Source: a virus (taxonomy: Duplodnaviria; Caudoviricetes). From it: a DNA stretch of 50,765 bases. The position numbers and the translations under genes were made by a program. This document shows, one piece after another, positions 16,587 to 26,700 of this stretch; the stretch's first letter is position 1; each line of letters starts with the position of its first letter. The stretch covers positions 1-50,765 of the IMG/VR virus record IMGVR_UViG_3300032194_000056. One strand, given 5' to 3'. A model generated the notes under the pieces. The model saw nothing but the letters and a program-made list of their open reading frames with translations, did no database searches and had not been told where the DNA came from.

Positions 16587-19500
16587 TCACATTGCTCCCG
16601 CCCAGAAAGTGAAGCCTTTCGTCTTCGTCTTGGTGTCAACGTAAGTCTTGACTGCCTTCTGCGTAGGAACTTTAGCGTTGCTGTTAGCAGATAGTGTAAC
16701 GTCGCTAGAGAATTCGTTAATAGATTCACCGATTTGAGCACCGATGGAACCCAGTCTCAAGGACGATAGACCAGATAGGTCGAAGGACGATGCATTCAAG
16801 GTTGTGCTACCAGTTGCCTGGTTGACCTTGAAGTAACGACCAACGGTGAAGTTACCATCTTGGTCCGTGGATACAAAGAACACACGACCAGGGAACACTT
16901 CGTTAACCTCGTTACCAGGCGCAGGTGCCGATAGAGGTTGGTTTGGCCAGTTAGTTTGTGTCTTATTACCAGTACCAATATCCAGGAAGTCGTGACCAGT
17001 TAGTCTAACTTGAGAATATAGATATCTAATTCTGGAAAGCTGGCGATCGTAAGTTGCGGTTGGTTTCTCTTCTGCAAGAACAACCAGAACAGTACCAGTT
17101 GTAATTGTAGATGCAAGAGAAACTTGCATAAACTCACTGTCAATCTTGATGTAGTCGGAAGACAGAGTGCCAGTTGCACTTTCAACCAAGATGATTGTGT
17201 CAGATGCAGTTAGATCTCTAGCAGTGGTTGTTTGGTTAGGAACCTTAATCTGCAGTGCTCTAACGGTTACTCCAGAGTTGTGAGTAGAAGCACTTGTTCC
17301 CTCAACTCCTCTGATAACCTCAACAGAAGTTGCAGTTGGGAAAGAAACGACTTCCATCATCTCATTCTCAACGATGACATAACCACCAGTGTTGATACCA
17401 GTAATCGAAGAAACTTGGATAGTTGTGTCTACTGCGCTACTGATAGGTGCGGTCAGAGATGTTGCAGTACCAGTCTGATATCTGGTGATTGCACTCAAAC
17501 CATCATGAGTTGCAGCAGCAGAACCAAGTAGTCCTCTGGTTACGGTTAGTTCACCACGACCAGTGGGTCCAGAGTAAGAAGAGTTAGCAACAACATAAGT
17601 AAATTGGTCTTCGCCCAGTCCACCAGGACCAGTTACGAATTCAATCGAACCACCTGGGTCAGGAGCAGCAGTTAGACCACCAATGACGAAGGTGAAACCA
17701 GCAATTCCTTTGTGAGCATCCGAGTTGTTAACCAGAGTTGCAGTTGCTGTAGATGTTTGTCCAGTAACAACTTCGTTCTGAACAAACGTGCCCTTGAGTG
17801 GGCGAATGAGAATCTTATCTGCGGAAGGTTGGAAACTAGTAACTTCACCAACAGCACCAGATGTACCACCGATAACTTGTTCTGCAGTCTCAAACGATGC
17901 ACCAGTCGAAAGAGTGGTAAGATCGTAGTTGAGTTCTACACCATCGATGAAACCATCTAGAGTAGATTCTGTGGAGTTGAAACCAGAAGAAACAATAGCA
18001 TAAGTACCCCAAGAGGAGTTACCTGCCAGAGATCTGATTCTACCGCCTCTAGTAGAGGTGTAAGAGATGTGGCAATAGTAGGTGAAGCAGGATACGATTT
18101 CAGCAGCGCCGTTGTTCGTAATCCAGAAACCTACACCACCGTTTTCGTGGATTTGAGTCCAAGAGTCAAAAACGATAGACTTGTTAGAAGGAGTTGCAGT
18201 TCCGTCATACTTGTTATGAACATCACCATCAACGATTGCACCAACACCAGTCTGGGAGAATGCAGAACACTGCGAAACATAAGGAGACTTGGTGATTGGG
18301 GAGTTGGGGTTAAGTCTTACGAATGTACCCTCAACTGTCGAAGTATTCATGTCCTTCGGATCAGTTGTGGAAGCAACGAATCCTTCCATACCGTCCATAA
18401 CGAGATCCTTAAGCATGGATCTGTTAGACAGATAGAAGAGAGTTGCGTTCTCGTTAGCGATACCAGCAACTTGGTTAATAGTAATATCGTTGATACCATC
18501 TTCAAAGGTGTCGGAAAGCGTCCAATCACCACCAGTGATAGGCATGATATCAATGATGCCACCACCATCTCTGACATCCATGATTTGTGCTGTCTTGTCA
18601 CCAGCACCGTTTGTGCATGTCTCACCAATAACTCTGTTAGCAGCGTCAGGGGTAAGAGCAAGAGTCAGTCTTTGTGTAGAAGACAGAGAACCTGCGTTTG
18701 GTTTGATAACAGATGTTCTCATGTTATCACCAATGATCGAAACGTTCTCGGGAACGATCAGAGGTAGAGTCTCTAGATAAGTACCTGCTTTAACGTAGAT
18801 AGTTGCAGGACCAGTAACATTATCAACAGCGTGACGCAGAGAAGCAAATGACTTGGAAATGTTCTCACCACTGTTTAGATCGCTACCGTTGGTAGTGACA
18901 TAGTAAACAGGATCAGTTGCGTTGTTCTTTTCCCAAGCAGGATATCCGTTAGCATCAACAGTTAGGACTTCTCCAGATGCTCCGATTGGAAGTCTGGCAG
19001 CACCAGATCCAGAGATGTAGAGCATATCACCAGCGTCTGTCAAGACGTTGGATTGAGCACCTTGAGTCAGGGCATTCCAGTAGTCTCCATTGACATCAGT
19101 CTCTGGAGGATTGTTAGTAGACTCGGCAACACAGATGTAGGAGTTAGATGCTCTGGAGATTGCGTCACCAGGCTGATAGGTTTCGGTCGAACTCCAAACA
19201 CCTCTCCATGTGAAACCACCAACAACGAAGTCCCAATCAGCGGAACCAGATGCTGGTGTAGAGTTTGTGTTAGTTGTTTTAGCAACGTAAGAGTTACCAC
19301 CAAGGAGTACAACGTCACCAGGCTTGTATTGTGTGGTATTGTTCCATGTACCAACAACCTTGAAACCAGTTGTTAGGATTTCCCAAGTAGTACCTAGATA
19401 TGCATTAGGCGCTTCGCCTGTAGAAGTTGCAAGAGCAACATAAGAATAACCACCGTAGGTTACGATATCACCTTGCTGATACTCGGTGTTGACATCCCAG

Positions 19501-19859
19501 GAATCTTCAAACTTAAGTCCGTTGACATAAGAGATAAAGTTTGCCGATGCAAAATTACCGTCAGAAGTGTGAGCAACGACAACACGATACTGGTCGTTAC
19601 CGTACTTGACGATATCGTTTAATTTGTAGAAGGTTGCATCTGCCCAGTCTCCACGGTTATAGATGCCTTCTGTATGGAGTTGCCATCTAGCGAGGTCGCC
19701 AGTATACCACTGCGCTTCGTTGGATACCGACGTGTGGTTGGAAACACAAACATAGGTGTTTGCGCCAAACTTTACGATATCATCGATAACGTATGCAGTG
19801 GCAACTGTCCAGTCGCCCCTCCAATTAAACTTAAGTCTGCCTAATCTGAAATCTGCCAT
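16587..19859 (-). CDS. Tailspike/fibre-like protein with N-terminal carbohydrate-binding-like repeats and a beta-helix-like region
   Basis: 1090 aa. About six W.G.W....Y..GD.V..G..SY repeats (CBM5/12-like), then VYYVTTNGSD...IYVKAGTY...VSIIGD (typical pectate-lyase-like beta-helix start). C-terminal VPTQKAVKTYVD. Confidence 0.7.
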   Translation of the reverse strand: MADFRLGRLKFNWRGDWTVATAYVIDDIVKFGANTYVCVSNHTSVSNEAQWYTGDLARWQLHTEGIYNRGDWADATFYKLNDIVKYGNDQYRVVVAHTSDGNFASANFISYVNGLKFEDSWDVNTEYQQGDIVTYGGYSYVALATSTGEAPNAYLGTTWEILTTGFKVVGTWNNTTQYKPGDVVLLGGNSYVAKTTNTNSTPASGSADWDFVVGGFTWRGVWSSTETYQPGDAISRASNSYICVAESTNNPPETDVNGDYWNALTQGAQSNVLTDAGDMLYISGSGAARLPIGASGEVLTVDANGYPAWEKNNATDPVYYVTTNGSDLNSGENISKSFASLRHAVDNVTGPATIYVKAGTYLETLPLIVPENVSIIGDNMRTSVIKPNAGSLSSTQRLTLALTPDAANRVIGETCTNGAGDKTAQIMDVRDGGGIIDIMPITGGDWTLSDTFEDGINDITINQVAGIANENATLFYLSNRSMLKDLVMDGMEGFVASTTDPKDMNTSTVEGTFVRLNPNSPITKSPYVSQCSAFSQTGVGAIVDGDVHNKYDGTATPSNKSIVFDSWTQIHENGGVGFWITNNGAAEIVSCFTYYCHISYTSTRGGRIRSLAGNSSWGTYAIVSSGFNSTESTLDGFIDGVELNYDLTTLSTGASFETAEQVIGGTSGAVGEVTSFQPSADKILIRPLKGTFVQNEVVTGQTSTATATLVNNSDAHKGIAGFTFVIGGLTAAPDPGGSIEFVTGPGGLGEDQFTYVVANSSYSGPTGRGELTVTRGLLGSAAATHDGLSAITRYQTGTATSLTAPISSAVDTTIQVSSITGINTGGYVIVENEMMEVVSFPTATSVEVIRGVEGTSASTHNSGVTVRALQIKVPNQTTTARDLTASDTIILVESATGTLSSDYIKIDSEFMQVSLASTITTGTVLVVLAEEKPTATYDRQLSRIRYLYSQVRLTGHDFLDIGTGNKTQTNWPNQPLSAPAPGNEVNEVFPGRVFFVSTDQDGNFTVGRYFKVNQATGSTTLNASSFDLSGLSSLRLGSIGAQIGESINEFSSDVTLSANSNAKVPTQKAVKTYVDTKTKTKGFTFWAGAM

Positions 19860-19874
19860 GTTTATGCTGCCTTA

Positions 19875-20267
19875 TTATTTGGGTCCTTCGGTAGAATAAT
19901 CATAATTTTCATTGAAACGAATCACGAAATATCCGTCATCATCAATAAAATAGCTAATCTTACGACTATCAAATCTATACTGTTGGTATTTATCTTGTGG
20001 ATGATTTGTATATTCTTTCTCCTCCGTAGTTTCTTCTACGTAGTCATATACTCCAGTCGCAATATCTAGGTATGGGGTTCCGTCTAAACGGTAGAAGTCA
20101 CCCATCTCATCATCAATACTTCTAATCTTGGTGTAACGAAGCATTCCATCTTCATCTCTACGAAGAGCATGAATGGTGAAATCACTTCCCAAAGTGTAAT
20201 TGTTAGAAGCGAAGGATTGTCCTCCACCTCCAGCAGATTGATAGCTGTCGCTAATGAACATCGTCAT
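19875..20267 (-). CDS. Hypothetical protein (likely virion-associated)
   Basis: 130-aa ORF coupled to the upstream gene by an ATGA overlap. Confidence 0.7.
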   Translation of the reverse strand: MTMFISDSYQSAGGGGQSFASNNYTLGSDFTIHALRRDEDGMLRYTKIRSIDDEMGDFYRLDGTPYLDIATGVYDYVEETTEEKEYTNHPQDKYQQYRFDSRKISYFIDDDGYFVIRFNENYDYSTEGPK

Positions 20268-20722
20268 ACAATTACCCTCCAGTAGTTACCGTCCCAAATT
20301 AGTTGCACTCTCGCTCCTTTCAAGTCGAATACTAAAGGACTGGAAATAACCCCAAAAGTGTTTTGGAATTGTCTTCCATCTGGATCGATTATTGTTACAT
20401 TATTTATATCCCAAGTGAAGTTAATGTCAATAAACTCCATGACATCACCAGGTTTGGGGACCAATTTATTATTATAAAGTGGCAGAGTCAGTGTTAGTGG
20501 TCCGCCAGACGAATCAACTAGATAACGTAAGCTTGTTCCAAGAGTTGTACTAGTGTTGAGTAATTCCCAACGTGCTCTAAAAACGTCAAAACCGCCAGTC
20601 GTACTGCCGTCATGAATGACAGCCATATTCTTGTCGGTATCAATAGTTAACTCACCCGCAGCACCAGTGAACAAAGCATGTTCAGCAGTAGTACCTCTTC
20701 TGAATTGTACCTGGGTAGTCAT
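20264..20722 (-). CDS. Short fibre protein with Mtd-N-like N-terminal motif
   Basis: Begins MTTQVQFRRGTTAEHALFTGAAGELTIDTDK, the fibre/major-tropism-determinant N-terminal motif. The C-terminal domain resembles 15847-16173. Confidence 0.72.
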   Translation of the reverse strand: MTTQVQFRRGTTAEHALFTGAAGELTIDTDKNMAVIHDGSTTGGFDVFRARWELLNTSTTLGTSLRYLVDSSGGPLTLTLPLYNNKLVPKPGDVMEFIDINFTWDINNVTIIDPDGRQFQNTFGVISSPLVFDLKGARVQLIWDGNYWRVIV

Positions 20723-20747
20723 TAAATTTAATTTAGGATACCAGTTT

Positions 20748-20755
20748 TATTTATA
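20748..20755 (-). promoter_or_regulatory. T4-type late promoter TATAAATA
   Basis: Exact match upstream of 20722. Confidence 0.75.
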
Positions 20756-20758
20756 CCA

Positions 20759-23700
20759 TTAGATAATCCATCCATAGGTACGTGGTGGAGCAACATCGAT
20801 CTTGACAGTTGCTGCAGCGCCCGTAAGAAGGATGTGAACGTCTGGGATGTGAGAGAGAAGTGGGGTGTATTGAGACTGGACTCTGACCTTGATAGATCCA
20901 GTACCAAAGATACGGAGAGAAATACCGATGATGGTATCGCCGTGTACTTTGAGTTGACCTGTTCCCTCGTAACCGAAGGAGCGAAGAACTTTCGCTTCGC
21001 CAACGGTTGTAATTTCTGTGCCTTCCTCTGGTGGGTTGACTGTGATGCTCTCGTCTGCTGTACCAGAGACCTGAACTTCGGTCTGACCAATATAAGGTGC
21101 TCTGGTGAACGAATCTGCTGCTGCGCCACCAACAATAACATCTCCAGAACCAGCAAACGCTTTGGTAGTTCTTGGTTTGACTTGACCGAGGAAGTCGAAG
21201 ATTGCGACGTTCTCGTAAGTGATTGTTCTGGACTCTGCTGCAGAGTCGAATCCAAACAGAACACCAGATCCAACATGAGAGACGCTGATAACAATCTTGG
21301 CGAGACCAGAGAAGTTGACATCTGCTTGTAGACTTGGTACATATGCAACTCTTTCTGCAGCACCGCCGATAGAGAAGATAGAACCTTCTCCAATCTCGAA
21401 TGTGGTTGTTCTCTCTTCGCCAGCACCAGATAGAGTGAATAGTGCCTGCTCGCCAACATAATCGTAAGCGACTGCTTCGCGACCAGCAACGATACTGAAT
21501 AGATTGCCATCGCCAATATGGGAGACGGTGATGACAATCTTCGCTTCGCCTGTAATATCGTATAGACCATCTGCAGGTGGTGCAACTGCTCTGGATTCTG
21601 CTGCGCCACCGATAGCATAAAGATTTCCAGTTCCAACATAAGAACGTGTAGAACGTAGAGATGCGAATCCAGTTGCAGAGAATAGTAGATCTCTCTCCAG
21701 TGGATTGAAGGTAATTGCCTCTGCTGCACCAGATAGTGTAGAGATGCGACCTTCGCCAACGAAGGATAGTGTAATAACAATGCGACCAGCGCCAGACAGT
21801 GTTGCTGTTCCAGATCCAACGTGGACTTTGGCAGTCGTTCCGTTGTTGTCTTCTGCAAAGATTCTCGCATCGGCAAGTTTGACTTCCGATACAGTGGTTC
21901 TGTATGCTGCTCTACCCTCGATGGAGAACAACATGTCTCTTTCGAGAGGATTGAAGGTGACTGCTTCTGCAGCACCAGAGAATGTTCCGATGTTGACCTG
22001 AACAATCTCGTCTCTTGCAACTCTCTCGTCTGCAATACCACTGACAGGAATGACACCTTCGACATTCCAGTTGGGGACAAATCTGATGTCTGCTGCTTCT
22101 GGGTAGACCTTGATTTGACCAGAACCAACCCAAGTACGTGAGTATTTGGATGTGGCGATACCTTCGATGGAGAAGAGCAGATCTCTTTCGAGAGGATTGA
22201 AGGTGACAGACTCCGCTGCACCAGATAGAGTTGCAATCTTGCCATCGCCAACAAAGTCTCTTGCTCTGGTGGTAGCAGCAATACCACTGATGCGTCCAAG
22301 AGTTCCACGAGATTCAGCGAACGCAAGGATTTCTGTGGAAGATCCTCTGAACTTGAAGAGGGAACCGAAGAAGATCTCTCTGTATGCTGCACGTTCTGTT
22401 GCCAGACCAGCAAGATTGAGGTGTGCAGTAAACTCTGGTAGTTTCCTGCTGACCGATTCTCCAGTGAATCCATTGGAGAAGATAACACCAGTTCCGACAT
22501 AAGCTTCGGTGTTCTTCTCGATTGCAACACCACTGACGGGGATGACTCCGAATGGTTGCTCCGAGAATGTACGGAGAGGAACAACTCCCTCGCCAGTAAG
22601 AACAATGTGTGCTGTCTCTTCTGGTGGGTTGAATGCAACACGTTCGACTGCTTCTCCACGGAAGAGAATGTCTGCTTCTCTGGTTGGAGGAATCTTGAAT
22701 GTGACAGACTCGGAAGTAAATCCTCCAGAGAATAGAGTACCGAATCCACCGTATACATCGACGTGGACGTATTCTGCAAGACCACTGACAAAGATGTCTC
22801 CAGATGCTTCTTCTGCAAATGTAAGTAGAGGTGCAGGAATATCGCCCTGAACTTTGACCTCTGTTCCTTCGACTGTGGGTGCTGCAGTAAATCTCTGCGT
22901 AGCGAGTCCACCCATGGAGAAGAGCATGTCTCTCTCCAGTGGATTCGCAGTGAAGGATTCTGCTGCTCCAGACAGTGCTGCGATCCGACCAGATCCATTG
23001 TAGTTTGGTACAAACCTTTCGGAACCCTGACCAAAGATCGCAGTGGTTCCAAATGGTTGCTCTGCAAACGTGAGAATCTCTGGTTCGGTTGTACCAGATA
23101 CAGAGAGAACACCGAATCCAGATAGTGCAACTGTGGATCTGAATGTTGCAATACCACTGATGCTGTAGAGGAATTCTCTCTCCAGTGGATTTGCAGTGAA
23201 GGATTCTGCTGCACCTGCAAGAGAAGCAATACGACCAGATCCATTGTAGTTTGGAACATATCTGGTAGAAGCAATACCAGATAGAATGATATCGCCTTCT
23301 TTTTCTTCGTCTGCTGTTCTGGACTCTGCTGCGCCGCCGATAGCAAATAGTCCACCAGAACCAGCATATGCTGCTGTTGCTCTCTCCCCAGCAATACCAA
23401 CGAAGTCGAACAGACCGAATAGATCGTCTGGACTTGCTGTGACTGCTTCGGCAGCGCCAGACAGTGTGGAGATAGCACCAGTTCCAACGTAGGTTGGTGT
23501 GTACTTGACTGCGGCAGTGCCAGAAAGTTTGATGGTGTTCTCTTGGAACCCAGCGAATGCAACTGCAGACTGTGCAGTTCCGTCCAGAGTGATTGTACCG
23601 CCACCATTGAAGTTGGGGATCCTTCTTGTAGCAGCGAATCCAACAAAGTCGAATAGACCAGTGAGATTGTCTGGGCTGAAGGATACTCTTTCTGTTGCTG

Positions 23701-26700
23701 CAATACCCTTGACGGTGAACAGACCACCAGTTCCAGCATGTTTGTTGGGAAGTTTGACGAATACTTCGCCGCCAATCTTGACAGTTGGTTCTGTATTGAC
23801 TGCAATGTGACGGAGACTGATGCCAATGATGACTTCAGACTCGAAGTGACGGAACAGAACACCGAATGGATATCTGGATGCGTCAAGTTCAGGATCTCTG
23901 ATGAACTGATAATCTTCAGTAGCATCAGGTGCGTTGAGGTTGGGTAGACCAGCAACGTTTGGTAGTTCTAGGAATCCATAATCGAAGTAGTCGCCACCAC
24001 CAGACTCGACCAAATCGGTGAGGAAGCTATCTTTGTAGTCTTCAATGACCTTGTTCGCGTGGTCAGCAATGACCCAAGAATCAATGACTGGCGAAGCAAC
24101 AGAACCATAGCTGATTCTGTTGAGTAGATCAATAGAACTGGAGTTGTAATGATATGTTCTACGATCAATTGCGTTGGAGAAGTTGAACAGGAATCCTGTT
24201 CCAGGTTGATCGTATGCAACTCTCTCGACAACCTGACCTGCGATCGTCGCTGTGCCAGATCCATTCCAGTTGGGAACGTATGCAACATCTGCATTGCCAC
24301 GAATAACAATATCGTGATCTGGTTTTGGATAATCGAAGGTAAATGCTTCTTCGCCACCGTTGATAGCAAATAGTTCTCCCTTGCCTTCGTATGCAAAGCT
24401 TCTCGCATCTGTCGTGCTGACAGGTAGTGGGATAATACCAGAACCCTTGAATGTCTTGGCAAATGTTTCTCTTGCCGTTCCTGTAACATCGATAAAGATG
24501 TTGGCAGTCCATCTTGGGTTGACCTTGACAATGGTGTTGATGTCGATGCTGATGACACCAGAACCAACATGAACAGGTCTGAAGGCAACATGAGCGGCAC
24601 CATTGACTTGGGGACCACCCATTGCATATCTGGTGACGGTCTCTGTAATGAACTCGTAGTCATCAGTGACAGTCGGTGCAAAGTCAGTTACAGAACCATA
24701 ATCGAAGTAAGATCCAGAGGTAGAACCACTGGTTACAAGATCAACAATTCTCTGGTCCTTACGGCTTTCAATCGTATCATTGGCGATAGATTGAATCGTG
24801 ATGGAGTCGATTGGGTTGGAAGCAACCGAACCATAATCCAGAGGAGTGAATATAGCATCGGAAGAAGAACTGTAATGGTATGTTCTTCTCTCGACCAGGT
24901 TGCCCATGTCGAAGAGAACACCAGATCCAACTTCGCTGAATGTAGTTCTTTCGACGTGCTCGACATCGAGAGTGACAACACCAGAACCATTGAAGTTTGG
25001 TACGAACGCAACTTTTGCATTGCCAGTGACATCGAAGAGGACATATCCAGGATATGGTGCTCTCTCGAATGCAATAGAGGATTTTCCAGACGTGGAGAGA
25101 GTTCCTTGACCTTCGTAACCAAAGGTTCTCTTCTCTTCCGCTGTCTCGAAGTTGAATAGATTACCTTTACCAACGTAAGTTCTGGAGACTGCATCTTCTC
25201 CCTTACCTCTAACCTCGATGTTGACGTTAGCAATCCATCTGGGTTTCGTTCTACCGCGACCTTCGATGAAGGCAAACAGGTCACCCTTACCAACGTAAGA
25301 GAAGAATCTCCTGACACTTGCACTGCCGTTGAACAGCAGATCGCCCATGGCGTATCTGGAGATCGTCTCTGTAATAAATTCGTAGTCGTCTGTAACTGTT
25401 TCTGGAGCGTCCTGTCCACCTTCTAGGATGAATCCATAATCGAAGAAGCTTCCAGATACAGATCCAGATACGACTAGATCGATAATTCTTTCGTTTGCAC
25501 GACTCTGGATTGTTTCATTTGCAATCGACTGAATTGTAATCGAGTCAATTGGTGTAGATGCAACAGAACCATAATCCAGTGGAGTGAATAGAACATTCGA
25601 CTCGCTGCTGTAATGGTAGGTGATTTTCTCGCCACCAGTCTCGAAGTTGAATAGAGTACCAGATCCATTCCAAGAATCTGTTTGTCTCTCAACCGCTGTG
25701 CCTTCTGTGCTGACTGTACCTTCGGCAATCCAGTTGGGAGCAAAGGCAACGCCAGCAGCGCCTTGTAGAGGCAGGATAGCGGTATCCTCTGGGGGATTAG
25801 CACCGAACGCTTCAGCGGCACCAGAGAAGGCGTAGAGGGCACCAGAACCGTCATATGCATACGCTCTGCTATCGTCTGCATTGTTGAGGTTGAATAGAGA
25901 TCCAGAACCAATGTGCAGCAAGCTGAAGTTGGTCTTCGCTGCACCAGAAATACCGATCTGTACGTATGCAATCCATCTTGGTTTTGTTCTGCCAATGCCA
26001 CTGACGAATGCAAACAACCCACCAGAACCAACAAAGTTGGGGGTGAACTTGATATCTGCTTCGCCAAAGATTGGGAACAGACCGAATGGATAGTCTGTTT
26101 GATTTGTAAGGATCTCGCCCCAGTCGAGACCAACCGTAGATGGAGCTTGAGATCCATCTGTGAGAATCTTGCCGAAGTCCAGGAACGATCCAGAACCAGA
26201 TCCAGGGTTGACCAGATCGAGAATTCTCTCGTCTTTCAGACTCTCGATAGTCTGGTTTGCAACCGATTGGATTGTAATAGAATCGATGGGAGATTCCGCA
26301 ACCGATCCGAAGTCTTCGTATGTAAAGTAATCAATGCTGGAATTATTGTAATCCCAGGTAACTGCCTCGTCTAGAGACGACAGTCCGAATAGCGTTCCAC
26401 TACCAACGTAGTCGAACGTTCTAGTAATATCTGTAGTGCTAATGTTAAACAGGACACCAGAACCAACCCAATTGGGTCTGAAGTTAACCTTGGCGTCACC
26501 ATAAACATTGAATAGTGTCTTGTCATCCTCTGGGGATACCTTGACGACAGCCTCTCCAGTAAAGCTACCGCTGAACAGGGTGCCGAATGCATTCCAGTTA
26601 GGAGCATACGCAACTTTAGTGTCACTACGGAGGGGTAGTAGACCCTCCGTAGCAATCGCAGGTACATAATGAGCGTTGGCAGTGCCAGCAACCCACAGTG

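Noticed and set aside
20264-20722. Mtd-like N-terminus and variable adhesin paralogs suggesting a diversity-generating retroelement
   Set aside because: No reverse transcriptase and no template/variable repeat pair differing at adenines was seen. The motif is a generic fibre N-terminus.
21690-26320. Regularly spaced DNA repeats as a possible CRISPR array or non-coding repeat
   Set aside because: Spacings are multiples of 3 (246 and 738 nt), and the copies compared differ largely at synonymous positions inside one ORF, so these are protein repeats.
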